This document shows positions 38,717 through 49,402 of a stretch of DNA of 64,000 bases, one piece after another. Position 1 is the stretch's first letter, and each line of letters starts with the position of its first letter. This DNA comes from Candidatus Woesearchaeota archaeon (lineage in GTDB: Archaea > Nanobdellota > Nanobdellia > Pacearchaeales > GW2011-AR1), in the NCBI GenBank assembly GCA_964495875.1, contig CAZBWB010000001.1:78483-142482 (forward strand), in the 5' to 3' direction. The notes below the pieces were generated by a model. That model made no database searches. It had not been told where the DNA came from and worked only from the letters and a program-made list of their open reading frames with translations. The position numbers and the translations under genes are program-made.

Positions 38717-39862
38717 CTATTTTTCTTTGACAAAAGCCAGGAAAATTATCGAAAGAAAAGCAACTATGGCAATATAAATGAACATTGTTACATAACTAAT
38801 ATCCCACAAAACTCCTGCAATAAGTCCTCCAATTATATTCACTATGCCTACAATAAAACCATAAAACCCAAAAGCTGTTCCTTTTATCTCCCCGCAAAGA
38901 TCAGAAACCAGTGCTTTTTGATTTGATTGGGTAAGGGCATAAACAAATCCATAAAAAATGAATAAAAGAGAGAAGTAAAAAAGATTTTGAAGATAGATGA
39001 AACTTAAACTAATGATAAAAAACAGGATATAACCTGCCAGAAGAACTTTTTTTCTTCCAATCTTATCTGATAAACTTCCAAAAGGAATGACAAAAACAGC
39101 ATAAACAAAATTAAATGCTGCATAGAGTATCAAAGGAAAAATTATGTTTCCAGTTATTTCTTTTGCTCTTAAAAGCAAAAACATATACAATCCAAAATTA
39201 CCCAATGTAAAAACAGATGCCACAAAAATGAAATATTTTAATTTCCGGTTAAGTCTTTTAACTTTTCTGAACAAACTTTTTCTTATTTTTCTTATCTTCG
39301 GTTCTTTAACAAAAAATAAAGGCAAGAGTGAGAGGATAGATATTCCTGCAGCAGAAAATATGATTGTCTTCATGCTTAAATTTAATTTCCAGAAAAGAAA
39401 AATAACAGCGATTGTTCCTATGATTCCTCCAAGAGTATCCATCATCTGATGAAATCCAAAACCTTTTCCCCTTCTATTAGTAGAATCTGCTATCAATGCA
39501 TCTCTCGGAGCATCTCTTAGTTTTCCCAGTCTTTCGAGAGAAACAAAAGCAATAATATACTGCCACAGATTAACCAGTCCTAATAAAAACCTAAAAAAGA
39601 CTGAGATGAGATAACCAAAGAAAATAAAAGGAGTTCTCTTTCCAACCCTGTCAGAAAGCCATCCTCCGATAACCTTGAACAAACTTGCCAAGCCCTCTCT
39701 TAATCCGCTAATCAAACCAACAGCAATTCCGCTTCCTCCGAGCCCAGTAATATAAAAAGGAAGAATCGGAGTTATCATTTCGCTTCCAACATCATTAAAG
39801 AAACTCGAAGTTCCAACAAGAAAAATATTCCTAAAACCTCTTCCAAACCACCCCTTTCTCAT
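38717..39862 (-). CDS. major facilitator superfamily transporter
   Basis: Twelve TM helices with an MFS-type loop motif (GWLSDRVGKR). Confidence 0.75.
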   Translation of the reverse strand: MRKGWFGRGFRNIFLVGTSSFFNDVGSEMITPILPFYITGLGGSGIAVGLISGLREGLASLFKVIGGWLSDRVGKRTPFIFFGYLISVFFRFLLGLVNLWQYIIAFVSLERLGKLRDAPRDALIADSTNRRGKGFGFHQMMDTLGGIIGTIAVIFLFWKLNLSMKTIIFSAAGISILSLLPLFFVKEPKIRKIRKSLFRKVKRLNRKLKYFIFVASVFTLGNFGLYMFLLLRAKEITGNIIFPLILYAAFNFVYAVFVIPFGSLSDKIGRKKVLLAGYILFFIISLSFIYLQNLFYFSLLFIFYGFVYALTQSNQKALVSDLCGEIKGTAFGFYGFIVGIVNIIGGLIAGVLWDISYVTMFIYIAIVAFLSIIFLAFVKEK

Positions 39863-39958
39863 TAAAAAATAAAGAGAAGATTATTTATAAATTAATAGAA
39901 ATCAGAATAAATCATAAATATCAACCTTTAAAAACAAAATTATTCTTGAAAATATATC

Positions 39959-41680
39959 ATGAACACCAAAATTCGTCAGCCAATAGTTACAGTCTGCGGA
40001 CATGTAGACCACGGAAAAACAAGCATATTAGACAAACTTAGACAGAGCTCTGTTCAGGAAAAAGAAGCAGGAGGAATCACACAGAAAATATCTTTCACAC
40101 TATACCCCATAGAAAAACTGAAAACATCCTGCCCGTTAATAGAAAAGTCAGGAATTAAATTAAACATACCTGGTTTTTTGTTCATCGATACGCCAGGGCA
40201 TGCTGCATTCACAAATCTGAGAAAGAGAGGAGGAAGTCTGGCTGATTTGGCAGTTCTTGTCATAGATATTAATGAAGGCATCAAACCACAGACAGCAGAG
40301 GTAATTCAGATTTTAAAAATAAACAAAACTCCTTTTATAATTGCATTGAACAAGATAGATAATATTCCGGGATGGAGAAAATTAGACGACAGTCTGCAGA
40401 AGAGCATAGATTCCCAATCACAAAGAACAAAACAGAATTTTGATGAAAAATATATGACAATAATCGGCTCATTAAGCAGTTATGGATTTGACTCAGACCT
40501 TTTTTATAATATAAAAGATTTTGCAAAAAAAATAGCACTTGTTCCCTGCTCTGCCAAAACCAACGAAGGAATTCCTGAATTGATATTAATGCTCTGCGGT
40601 TTAAGCCAGAGATATCTTCAGGATAAACTTTCTCTTGGAAAAGATGCAAAAGGAGTCATGCTTGAAGTTAAAAAAGAAAAAGAATCTAGCTACATTGAAG
40701 CAATTCTTTATGACGGAGAACTTTCCAGAAAAAATGAAATCGCTGTTTCAAGTTTTGAGGGAGAACCTATGATAACCCGTATAAGAGTTCTTGAAGAGAT
40801 TCTTCCTCTAAGCCAAAAATTCAAGCCAAAAGAGGATGTCTGGGCTTCTACAGGCATAAGAATGCAACTTATTGAAAAAATAAATGTTCTTCCAGGACTG
40901 CCTTTTGTAATCTATAAAAATAATAAAGAAAAAATTAAGGAAAGTTTCAAAAAAGAACTTTCTGAAAATATCAAAACAGACAAGCAGGGAATAATTGCAA
41001 AAGCAGATTCCTTGGGAAGTTTAGAAGCCCTTCTTTTAATGTTAAAGCAAAACAATATTCCTGTTGTAAAAGCAGGCATTGGAAAGATAAATAAAAATGA
41101 TATAATCTCGGCAAAAGCAAATTTAAAAATAAATGAGCTCGATGCAGTTATTGTTGGTTTTAATGTCTCGACAGATGAAGAAGCAGAAGAAATCAAGGGA
41201 AACACCAAAATAATTCTGGATGATGTGATTTACAAACTAATAGAAAATCTTATTGAATTCCGTGACGCGAAAAGAAAAGACATAGAAAAAGAACGGCTTT
41301 TAGGACTGGCACCGCTCTGCAAGTTAAAAATCCTTCCGCAGTATGTCTTCAGGAACACCAATCCTGCAATCTTTGGTGTCAGAATTGAAGCAGGAAAAAT
41401 CATTCCTGGATTGGAACTAATTGACAAAGAAGAAGAGAAAATCGGAAAAATAAAAAATATACAATCTGAAAATAAATCAGTTGAAGAGGCGAGGGAAGGT
41501 ATGGAAGTGGCAATCTCTGTTCCTGGAACAAATTTTGAAAGAAAACTGAAAGACAAAGAATTTCTCTATTATGACATAACCAAAAAGCAACTCGAGAATT
41601 TTAAGAAGAACAAGGATTTGCTAAGCCAGAATGAAATAAAACTCTTGCAGGAAATTGCCGAGATAAAAAAACTTACATAA
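39959..41680 (+). CDS. infB: translation initiation factor aIF5B (IF2-like GTPase); no intein
   Basis: G1 GHVDHGKTS, G3 DTPGH, G4 NKID. Beta-barrel domains follow. 573 aa. Confidence 0.9.
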   Translation: MNTKIRQPIVTVCGHVDHGKTSILDKLRQSSVQEKEAGGITQKISFTLYPIEKLKTSCPLIEKSGIKLNIPGFLFIDTPGHAAFTNLRKRGGSLADLAVLVIDINEGIKPQTAEVIQILKINKTPFIIALNKIDNIPGWRKLDDSLQKSIDSQSQRTKQNFDEKYMTIIGSLSSYGFDSDLFYNIKDFAKKIALVPCSAKTNEGIPELILMLCGLSQRYLQDKLSLGKDAKGVMLEVKKEKESSYIEAILYDGELSRKNEIAVSSFEGEPMITRIRVLEEILPLSQKFKPKEDVWASTGIRMQLIEKINVLPGLPFVIYKNNKEKIKESFKKELSENIKTDKQGIIAKADSLGSLEALLLMLKQNNIPVVKAGIGKINKNDIISAKANLKINELDAVIVGFNVSTDEEAEEIKGNTKIILDDVIYKLIENLIEFRDAKRKDIEKERLLGLAPLCKLKILPQYVFRNTNPAIFGVRIEAGKIIPGLELIDKEEEKIGKIKNIQSENKSVEEAREGMEVAISVPGTNFERKLKDKEFLYYDITKKQLENFKKNKDLLSQNEIKLLQEIAEIKKLT

Positions 41681-41688
41681 TCAAAATC

Positions 41689-42078
41689 TTATATCGTCCT
41701 GACAGTCTGCGGGCTTGGAAGATTTGCAGTATTTTGTTGAACAATTATAGGATTTCCTTTTATAATTTGATTTCTAATATTAATCTGGTAGAATAATCTT
41801 ATTTCCACAATTCCCTGATTTATTCTTGCCTTAAACTGCCATTTTGGTATCTTCATTAAATATTGTTTTTGTATCCCTAAAAATTCAGAAGCATTAAAAA
41901 TTTGTATACCTGTTATGAATTTCTCATTATCTATATCAACCACCATATTCTGAAATTCAAGAGAAAAATCATAATCTCTGTTCTTCACCTTAAAAAAAAG
42001 AATATCCTCTCCAAAATCATAATCCATTTCTCCTTCTGCCTCTAAAATTCTTTCTTTCATATTTTTGGTACCTGCCAT
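41689..42078 (-). CDS. DUF2283-like protein, putative antitoxin-like partner of the upstream DUF4258-like ORF
   Basis: The N-terminal EMDYDFGEDILFFKV resembles the YD.EAD.LYI signature of DUF2283. Confidence 0.45.
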   Translation of the reverse strand: MAGTKNMKERILEAEGEMDYDFGEDILFFKVKNRDYDFSLEFQNMVVDIDNEKFITGIQIFNASEFLGIQKQYLMKIPKWQFKARINQGIVEIRLFYQINIRNQIIKGNPIIVQQNTANLPSPQTVRTI

Positions 42079-42133
42079 TCTTCTATAAAGTAAAAAGTAA
42101 CTATATTAACTTTTCTATCATTGATTCCAACAA

Positions 42134-42301
42134 TCATCTTAAGATTTCTATCAACTCATCACATGTAAATATCTTCCGTTGTTTTTCGCTAAATCTAAAT
42201 AAAGTATGACGAGTGCATTCTATATCTTCTTTTTTATATTTTTCTAGTATGCTTAATAATTTATTTATATCCAGTTTCTTTTTTATCTGAATCTTAAACA
42301 T
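42134..42301 (-). CDS. DUF4258-like small protein (55 aa; putative RNase-type toxin), absent from the ORF track
   Basis: Minus-strand ORF MFKIQIKKKLDINKLLSILEKYKKEDIECTRHTLFRFSEKQRKIFTCDELIEILR*. The HxxxR...R pattern (TRHTLFRFSEKQRKI) is typical of DUF4258. It lies directly upstream of the DUF2283-like gene. Confidence 0.4.
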   Translation of the reverse strand: MFKIQIKKKLDINKLLSILEKYKKEDIECTRHTLFRFSEKQRKIFTCDELIEILR

Positions 42302-42386
42302 TAAATACACAAACCAAAGAGATATAAAAAGTTACTCCCCTTTTCCTAACCAAATCCTTTAAAAACTCATTATAATTTTAATTCTC

Positions 42387-42998
42387 ATGCCATTCAAGAT
42401 AAACATATCAGAAAAATCAGGAAAAACTTACAAATTAGAAAAAGAAACAGAAGAGCTTATTGGCAAATCTTTGCATGATAAAATTCAAGGCAAAGAGCTT
42501 CTTCCTGATTTAGAAGGTTATGAATTTGAAATCACAGGAGCGAGTGACAAGGCAGGATTTCCTGCATTGGAAAATGTAGAAGGAATTGGATTAAAAAAAG
42601 TTCTGTTAGGTTACGGAAAAGGCATGCACAGACGCCCGAGAAAAGAAGGAAAAAAGAAAGTTTCAAATCCCCGTCCAAAAGGCTTAAGATTAAGAAAAAC
42701 TGCTCGGGGAAGAGTAATTTCTCCTGAAATTGTCCAGATTAATTTAAAAATCTTAAAAGAAGGTGGAAAAAAGCTTGAAGAAGTTTTCCCTGAGCAGAAC
42801 AAAAAAGAGAGTTCTCCTGAATCTAACAAACCTCAAGAAGGGGAATCTGGGGCGAACACAAGTCAAAAGGGTGGGGCTCCAAAAGAAGAAGCTCCAACTG
42901 AACAAGAAGCTCCAAAAAAAGAAGTCAAAGAAGAACAAAAACCTGTTGAAGAAAAGAAAGAAGAAAGACCAAAAGAAACAAAAACTGAAGAAAAATAA
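42387..42998 (+). CDS. rps6e: 30S ribosomal protein S6e with a long Lys/Glu-rich C-terminal extension
   Basis: KINISEKSGKTYKLE...GYEFEITGASDKAGFPALENVEGIGLKKVLLGYGKGMHRRPRKEG follows the S6e pattern (G..L.ITGG.DKQGFPM). Confidence 0.85.
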   Translation: MPFKINISEKSGKTYKLEKETEELIGKSLHDKIQGKELLPDLEGYEFEITGASDKAGFPALENVEGIGLKKVLLGYGKGMHRRPRKEGKKKVSNPRPKGLRLRKTARGRVISPEIVQINLKILKEGGKKLEEVFPEQNKKESSPESNKPQEGESGANTSQKGGAPKEEAPTEQEAPKKEVKEEQKPVEEKKEERPKETKTEEK

Positions 42999-43038
42999 TA
43001 ATCAATAATCTTAAAAACTAATTCTTTCTGAAAATTAT

Positions 43039-44250
43039 ATGATGACAAAAGAATCTCAATTATCAGAATTAAACGTTGGAGTAGTGGGACATATCGACCA
43101 TGGCAAGACAACTTTGTTAAGTCAGCTTACTGGGAAGTTTACTGACACACATTCTGAAGAACTGAAAAGAGGAATAACGATAAAACTCGGTTATGCTGAT
43201 ACAATAATTTTCCAGGATGGAAAAAATTTCAATAATAAAGGAAAAGGAAAACCAGTAAGATACATAAGTTTTATTGATGCACCAGGACATGAAATGTTAA
43301 TGGCAACTATGCTTTCTGGCGCTGCAATTATTGATGCTGCTATTTTAGTTATCGCTGCAAACGAAGGAATAAAACCACAAACACAGGAACACTTCATGGC
43401 ATTACAGGCAAAAAAAATCACAAACATAATTATTGTCCAAAATAAAATAGATTTAGTTACAAAAGAACAGGCTTTAAAAAATTACAAGGACATAAAAGAT
43501 TTTGTAAAAGGAACTTTGGCAGAAAATGCTCCTATTATCCCGATTTCAGCACAGCAGGGAGTAAATATTGAAAAAATATTTGAAGAATTATGTAAATTGG
43601 AAATACCAAAAAGAGAATCAAAAACAGAACCAATATTTTTAATAGCAAGAAGTTTTGACATCAACAAACCAGGAACACTAATTGAAAATTTGAAAGGCGG
43701 AGTATTGGGAGGAATTTTAAAAAAAGGAACTTTAACTGTCGGAGAAGAAATTGAGCTAAAACCCGGCTTGAGCATAAAAAAAGCAAATCAGCAATCTTAC
43801 CAAACTTTGACGACAAAAATCCTTTCTCTTCATAAAGGAAAAAACCAAGTTAATGAAGTTGGTCCTGGCTCAAGTATCTCGATTGAAACAAATTTAGACT
43901 CGTTTCTGACAAAAGCAGATTCACTGATTGGATGTGTGGTTGGACTAAAAGATAAACTTCCAGATATAACTTATCAGATAAAACTTAAAATAAAATTATT
44001 TGATAAAGTTCTGGGAATTTTTGAGCATAAAAAAGTAGAACCAATAAAAACAAAAGAAATGTTAATGCTTAATGTGAATACAACAACGACTGTCGGCAGT
44101 GTTGAAAAAATTTCTGATAATGAAATAGAATTAAGTCTAAACATCCCTGTCATTGCATTAAAAGGAGACAACGCTGGAATTGCAAGAAACATAAACGGAC
44201 ACTGGAGACTAATCGGTTTTGGCGAGGTTATTGGCGAGACAAACAAATAA
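43039..44250 (+). CDS. eif2g: translation initiation factor aIF2 gamma subunit
   Basis: G1 GHIDHGKTT, DAPGH, NKID. Classic S6e-aIF2gamma adjacency. 403 aa. Confidence 0.9.
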   Translation: MMTKESQLSELNVGVVGHIDHGKTTLLSQLTGKFTDTHSEELKRGITIKLGYADTIIFQDGKNFNNKGKGKPVRYISFIDAPGHEMLMATMLSGAAIIDAAILVIAANEGIKPQTQEHFMALQAKKITNIIIVQNKIDLVTKEQALKNYKDIKDFVKGTLAENAPIIPISAQQGVNIEKIFEELCKLEIPKRESKTEPIFLIARSFDINKPGTLIENLKGGVLGGILKKGTLTVGEEIELKPGLSIKKANQQSYQTLTTKILSLHKGKNQVNEVGPGSSISIETNLDSFLTKADSLIGCVVGLKDKLPDITYQIKLKIKLFDKVLGIFEHKKVEPIKTKEMLMLNVNTTTTVGSVEKISDNEIELSLNIPVIALKGDNAGIARNINGHWRLIGFGEVIGETNK

Positions 44251-44370
44251 TATTAATACGAGCCAGTGACTGAGCAGAGGTTATTGATGAGACAAAATAA
44301 ACATTAAGCATGAGTCAATGGCTGAGCAGAGGTTATTGGTAAGTAGAAATCATTGTTAATGATTAAATTT
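44225..44370. repeat. three imperfect ~52-bp tandem copies of the eif2g 3' end (stop codon included), extending into the intergenic region
   Basis: gaggttattggcgagacaaacaaataa at 44225-44250 is the gene end. gaggttattgatgagacaaaataaaca is at 44277-44303. gaggttattggtaagtagaaatca is at 44329-44352. Each downstream copy is preceded by (c/t)(c/a)a(g/a)tg(a/g)ctgagca. Confidence 0.6.
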
Positions 44371-44396
44371 ATAAATAAATTCCTCTAAATAATGAT

Positions 44397-45158
44397 ATGA
44401 AAAGGGGGATAATATTTATTATTTTAGTATTGTTCTTAATGGGTTTTGTAGCAGGTGGAATAACAAGCCGTGCTACAGAAAAAAATAAAGATTCTCAAGA
44501 TGGTTTGGTTCAAAAACGTAATTTGACAGAGGGGCAAATAGGAGAAATAATAAGAGATAGAAACAGACTGAGAATTCAGGCTCAGATACAGGCAGGAGAA
44601 TGTCCTGAAAATTGCACATGTTCTGGTTCTACGATAAAATGCCGATTAGAAAGAGGAGGAAGAGAAATGACAATAACAGCAGGACAATCAGGAAATGTAA
44701 TAGTGCAAGTTAAAGGGATGAATGCTTCAACTCAGGTAACCTTATACAAATCAGGAGGAAAAGTTTATGGTATTTTCAAAAATAACGAAACAAGAGAAGT
44801 TAGGGTTCTACCAGACCAGGTTAGAGAAAAGATTAGAGAAAAATTATTGAGTGAATTGGAAGATGAAGAAATAGAATTAGATGAAGAAGGAGTTTACAGA
44901 TTAAGAGCAAGGCAAAGAGTCAGATTATTTTCATTAATCCGGTTGAGGGAAAGAATCAGGGCAGAGATTGATTCAGAAACAGGTGAAATTCTCAGAATAA
45001 GAAGAGCATGGTGGTCATTTTTTGCAACAAATGAAGAACCGCCAATTCTTGGAGCAAGTTGCGGAACTGTCTCTCCGAATAGCAGAGATGAATGCTGCGT
45101 GAATAAGGGTTATGATTTATGGAACGGAGAAATCGGAGAGTGTATTTTCTCTGAATAA
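44397..45158 (+). CDS. secreted Cys-rich hypothetical protein (253 aa)
   Basis: N-terminal TM/signal IIFIILVLFLMGFVAGGI. Cys clusters CPENCTCSGSTIKC and C-terminal CGTVSPNSRDECCVNKG. Confidence 0.45.
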   Translation: MKRGIIFIILVLFLMGFVAGGITSRATEKNKDSQDGLVQKRNLTEGQIGEIIRDRNRLRIQAQIQAGECPENCTCSGSTIKCRLERGGREMTITAGQSGNVIVQVKGMNASTQVTLYKSGGKVYGIFKNNETREVRVLPDQVREKIREKLLSELEDEEIELDEEGVYRLRARQRVRLFSLIRLRERIRAEIDSETGEILRIRRAWWSFFATNEEPPILGASCGTVSPNSRDECCVNKGYDLWNGEIGECIFSE

Positions 45159-45339
45159 TCCTAATAATTTTATCTACTCACTTTGTTCGCAGATTAATAA
45201 AAACACAAAAACCATTAATAGAAAATCAGAATTAACAAATTTTTTTTATTAATTATCATAATATTAAGCAAATGAAACAAGGCTTACAAATTCTAATTAT
45301 CTCAACAAAATTTATAACCCGCTTTTTTCTAAAATATTT

Positions 45340-46107
45340 ATGAGAATTTACTCACATTCAAAATTAGAAACTTTTGAAAAATGCAGACTAAAATTCAAAT
45401 TCAAATACATCGACAAGATAATTCCTGAAATAGGAAAAAGCATCGAGGCTTATTTGGGAAACACTGTTCACAAAACTCTTGAATGGCTCTATATACAGAT
45501 AAAAAGGGGGAATATACCAACAATAGAACAGATTATCTCTTATTTTGCAGAAGCATGGGAAGGGGAATTCACTGATGATATTCTAATTGTAAGAGAAGAA
45601 CTTACAGACAAAGATTATTTTAACAAGGGGGTGGAATTTCTTGTAAACTATTATACAAAAAATTATCCTTTTGAAGATAATACTATTGCAATTGAACAGA
45701 GAATTGAATTAAATTTAGATGAAGAAACTAAATTAATCGGATTTGTTGACAGGCTTGTTCATAACCTAGAAAACAATGAGATAGAAATTCATGATTATAA
45801 AACTTCAAATTTTCTTCCGACAGAAGAAAGCATGAACCACAACAGACAACTCGCGCTTTATTCTCTTGCCATTAAAGAGATTTTCGGGAAAGAGAAAAAC
45901 ATATGCCTTATCTGGCATTTTCTCGCACATGACGCCAGGATATGCATAAGAAAAACAAACGAAGAACTTGAAAATTTAAAACAGGAAATAACAGATTTGA
46001 TAAAACAAATAGAAGAAACAAAAGATTTTCATCCCAACAAATCAAGTCTCTGTGACTGGTGTGAATATAAGAATATTTGTCCGGAGTTTAAAGATATTTC
46101 GGGATAG
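45340..46107 (+). CDS. Cas4-like PD-(D/E)XK nuclease (RecB-nuclease-domain family) with Fe-S-type Cys ligands; standalone
   Basis: N-terminal SHSKLETFEKCRLKFKF. D...EIHDYKTS (the D-x(n)-[DE]xK core). QLALYSLA (the QxxxY motif). C-terminal CDWCEYKNIC paired with the N-terminal Cys gives the four-Cys signature of Cas4/AddB nuclease domains. Confidence 0.6.
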   Translation: MRIYSHSKLETFEKCRLKFKFKYIDKIIPEIGKSIEAYLGNTVHKTLEWLYIQIKRGNIPTIEQIISYFAEAWEGEFTDDILIVREELTDKDYFNKGVEFLVNYYTKNYPFEDNTIAIEQRIELNLDEETKLIGFVDRLVHNLENNEIEIHDYKTSNFLPTEESMNHNRQLALYSLAIKEIFGKEKNICLIWHFLAHDARICIRKTNEELENLKQEITDLIKQIEETKDFHPNKSSLCDWCEYKNICPEFKDISG

Positions 46108-46281
46108 AAAACAAATCCAGAATAAAAATAATAAATTTTGAAGGATTTATTAGAAAGAATTTTAAATATGAGAAACTATTAGAATGTATGACAAAGAAGA
46201 AGAAATCTTCAGGGAATAAGAAAAAAACAAAGAGCAAAAAAAAGAGGGTGACCAAATCTAAAAAAGGATGGGGTCGCTCAT

Positions 46282-46731
46282 ATGGATACTAATAGACTAT
46301 TAATAATAATCCAACTTCTTTCAACAATTATAACATTAGTCACAGCATTAATATTATGGATAACTATCCAACATAATAAACTTTTAAATCAAAATAATAT
46401 TTTTAATGAGTTAGTCAAACAAGAAAGAGAATTGAGAATAAAATTAAATGAATATAGGATAGAAATTGATAAAAGACTTGATAAAAACAAGGAATTTAAA
46501 GAAATTACATTAAATTATGATACTCTTCTTTTTAATTATTATGAATATCTTGCTATTTGTGTATTTAAAAAATTAATCAATGAAAAAGAAGCAAAATTAT
46601 ATTTTAAGAATCTGCTTATTTATATAAGACAAATGTTTGAAGATAGTATTCTATTTAAGGAAGATTATGCAAAAAAAGAAGAATATCAGGGACTCAGATG
46701 GTTATTTAATGAATGGAAAATTGAATATTAA
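46282..46731 (+). CDS. membrane-anchored hypothetical protein (149 aa)
   Basis: N-terminal TM helix LLIIIQLLSTIITLVTALILWITI. Confidence 0.4.
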   Translation: MDTNRLLIIIQLLSTIITLVTALILWITIQHNKLLNQNNIFNELVKQERELRIKLNEYRIEIDKRLDKNKEFKEITLNYDTLLFNYYEYLAICVFKKLINEKEAKLYFKNLLIYIRQMFEDSILFKEDYAKKEEYQGLRWLFNEWKIEY

Positions 46732-46742
46732 TTATTCCAGAA

Positions 46743-49181
46743 TTAATCTCCTCCATTCTCAACCTTGATCAAGTCAGTGACATAATCTCCCTGCTGAAGC
46801 TTTACGATTCTCACGCCCTGAGCAGCTCTTCCCATAACTCTTATATTTTTTAATGAAGTTCTTATTACCATGCCTTTGGCAGTCGTGATTATTATGCTGT
46901 CAGAATTATCCACAGAAATTGTAGTAACGACATCTCCTGTTTTTTGAGAAACTTTCAGATTAATAACCCCCTTTCCTGCTCTTGCTGTTTTTCTGTAATC
47001 TTTCACAGCAGTTCTCTTTCCGTATCCGTTTTTTGTTATTGTTAAAATAGCATCTGTGTTTAGGATTCCCAAACTCACAACCTCGTCATCATCAAGCTTG
47101 ATTCCAGTAACTCCGTAACTCGCTCTTCCCATTTCCCTGACTTCATTGCTGTTAAATCTGATTGCTTTTCCTTTTCTCGTTGCTAAAGAAACTTCCTGCC
47201 CTTTTTCTATAAGCTCAACCCCAATCAACACATCAGAATTATCAGCAGGTAAATTAATCGCCCTTATTCCAGATGCTCGGGGTTTTGAAAAATGAGCCAA
47301 GGAAATCTTTTTTACAATGCCTTTCTTTGTTGCCATAAACAAGTATCCTTCAAAATTCTTCACAGGAATAATATTGGTTACTTTCTCATCCTTCAAACCG
47401 AGCAAATTTATTATTGCCTTCCCTTTGCTGTATCTTTCTGCTTCAGGAATGTTATATGCTTTAAGCCACAACACTCTTCCTCTTGAAGTAAAGAACATTA
47501 AATAATCATGAGTAGAGCACATAATCATCTGCTTTACAAAATCTCCTGTAGCCAAATTGCTTCCGATAACTCCCCTGCCTCCTCTCTTCTGCTCTTTATA
47601 TGTTTTCAAATCCATTCTCTTGCAATATCCCTTGTCAGTGATTGTCACAACAACTTCTTTTTTCTGCACCAAATCTTTTTCAGAAATATCAGAAATTCTC
47701 AGTAAAACATTTGTCTTTCTATTATCTCCATACTTGCTCCTTAATTCATTAACTTCCTTAACAATTATTTTCAAAACTTCCTGAATATCCCCTAAAATTT
47801 TTTCAAGTTCTGCAATCATCTCTTTCAACTGCTTTTGCTCTTTCTTTAATTTTTCCTGTTCAAGTGAAGTCAATTGCTGAAGTTTTGTGTCTAAAACAGC
47901 CTGAGCCTGCTTTTTGCTCAATTTGAATTTTTTTATCAACCCGTCAAGAGCTTCCACAGTCCCTCTTGATTTTTTAATCAAAGAAATGACTTCATCAATA
48001 TTTTTCAAAGCAATCAAAAGCCCGTCAACAATCTCCAGTCTCTCTTTCGCTTTTTTCAGTTCAAATTTTGTCCTGTTTGTGATGATTGTTTTTCTGTATT
48101 TGACATATTCCGCAACAACCTGCTTGAGATTCAAGATTTTTGGCTGCCCGTCAACCAAAGCAAGAAAGTTTACATTAAATGTATCCTGCAGTCTTGTGTA
48201 TTTATACAGAGCATTAACAACAAAATTAGGGTTTGTTCCTTTTCTCAGTTCAAGAACAATTCTTATTTTTCCTTTTGAACTCTCATCTCTCAAATCAGAA
48301 ACATCTCTTAATTTTTTGCTCTGAATAAGATTGGCAATTTGAGTTATGAGTAGGGATTTATTCAGCATATAAGGTATTTCTGTAATAACAACTGCCTCTT
48401 TACTTTTTATTTTTTCAATTCCGACTTTTCCTCTCATAATTAATCTTCCTTTTCCTGTTTTGTAAAGTTGAAGCATGTCTCCTGAAACACTGCCACCGGT
48501 AGGAAAGTCAGGTCCTGTCACAATCCCGCAGAGTTTCTCGATGCTAATATCAGGATTTTTAATATAAGCGACAATAGCATTGCAGACTTCTGTTAAATTA
48601 TGGGGAGGAATGTTCGTAGCCATACCGACTGCAATTCCTGTTGCTCCGTTTAAAATCAGGGCAGGAAGTTTTCCAGGCAGTAATTCCGGTTCTTTAACAG
48701 AATTATCAAAATTGGGCACAAACTTCACAGTTTCTTTATCAATATCCTGTAAGAGTTCTGCTGAAATTGGCATTAGTCTTGCTTCAGTATAACGATAAGC
48801 TGCAGGAGGGTCTCCGTCAATGCTTCCGAAATTACCCTGTCCAAAAACAAGAGGATAACGCAGGGAAAAATCCTGAGCCATCCTTACCAAAGCATCATAT
48901 ATAGGCAAATCACCATGCGGATGAAATTTACCAATAACATCACCGACAACCCTTGCTGATTTTTTTGTCTGGCTTCCTGGCTTCAGTCCCATCTGATTCA
49001 TCGCATAAAGAATCCTTCTTTGAACAGGCTTCAGACCATCTTCAATTGATGGAATAGCCCTGGAAACAATAACAGACATGGCATAATCCAAATATGCCTT
49101 TTTCATTTCCTCTGAAACTTCGGCATTTATTATGCCTTTCTCTGTTTCATCTTGATTTTCTTCAGATTTTTTTGGTGTCAT
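46743..49181 (-). CDS. gyrA: DNA gyrase subunit A
   Basis: [19 protein letters not shown], the catalytic-Tyr region, HPHGD, and a C-terminal beta-pinwheel region. 812 aa. Confidence 0.95.
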   Translation of the reverse strand: MTPKKSEENQDETEKGIINAEVSEEMKKAYLDYAMSVIVSRAIPSIEDGLKPVQRRILYAMNQMGLKPGSQTKKSARVVGDVIGKFHPHGDLPIYDALVRMAQDFSLRYPLVFGQGNFGSIDGDPPAAYRYTEARLMPISAELLQDIDKETVKFVPNFDNSVKEPELLPGKLPALILNGATGIAVGMATNIPPHNLTEVCNAIVAYIKNPDISIEKLCGIVTGPDFPTGGSVSGDMLQLYKTGKGRLIMRGKVGIEKIKSKEAVVITEIPYMLNKSLLITQIANLIQSKKLRDVSDLRDESSKGKIRIVLELRKGTNPNFVVNALYKYTRLQDTFNVNFLALVDGQPKILNLKQVVAEYVKYRKTIITNRTKFELKKAKERLEIVDGLLIALKNIDEVISLIKKSRGTVEALDGLIKKFKLSKKQAQAVLDTKLQQLTSLEQEKLKKEQKQLKEMIAELEKILGDIQEVLKIIVKEVNELRSKYGDNRKTNVLLRISDISEKDLVQKKEVVVTITDKGYCKRMDLKTYKEQKRGGRGVIGSNLATGDFVKQMIMCSTHDYLMFFTSRGRVLWLKAYNIPEAERYSKGKAIINLLGLKDEKVTNIIPVKNFEGYLFMATKKGIVKKISLAHFSKPRASGIRAINLPADNSDVLIGVELIEKGQEVSLATRKGKAIRFNSNEVREMGRASYGVTGIKLDDDEVVSLGILNTDAILTITKNGYGKRTAVKDYRKTARAGKGVINLKVSQKTGDVVTTISVDNSDSIIITTAKGMVIRTSLKNIRVMGRAAQGVRIVKLQQGDYVTDLIKVENGGD

Positions 49182-49402
49182 TTTTTCTTCATGAATTTCT
49201 CTATTTCTTTTTTAATTTTAGGAATGTCTTTCTTATTAACTTCAGGAAATATTCCTACAAATTTACATTTACTGCATTCCATAATACTTGAATTTCCACT
49301 TTTTCCAAAAATAGGTGCCACCCCCATATATTGACTATTTTGTGAAGGAAGTTCATACTCTGTGCTTCCACATTTAGGACAAAATTTAACTTTTATCATC
49401 AT
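49178..49402 (-). CDS. small zinc-ribbon protein (74 aa), translationally coupled immediately upstream of gyrA
   Basis: CPKCGS...CSKCKF. Its stop overlaps the gyrA start at 49178-49181. Confidence 0.45.
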   Translation of the reverse strand: MMIKVKFCPKCGSTEYELPSQNSQYMGVAPIFGKSGNSSIMECSKCKFVGIFPEVNKKDIPKIKKEIEKFMKKK

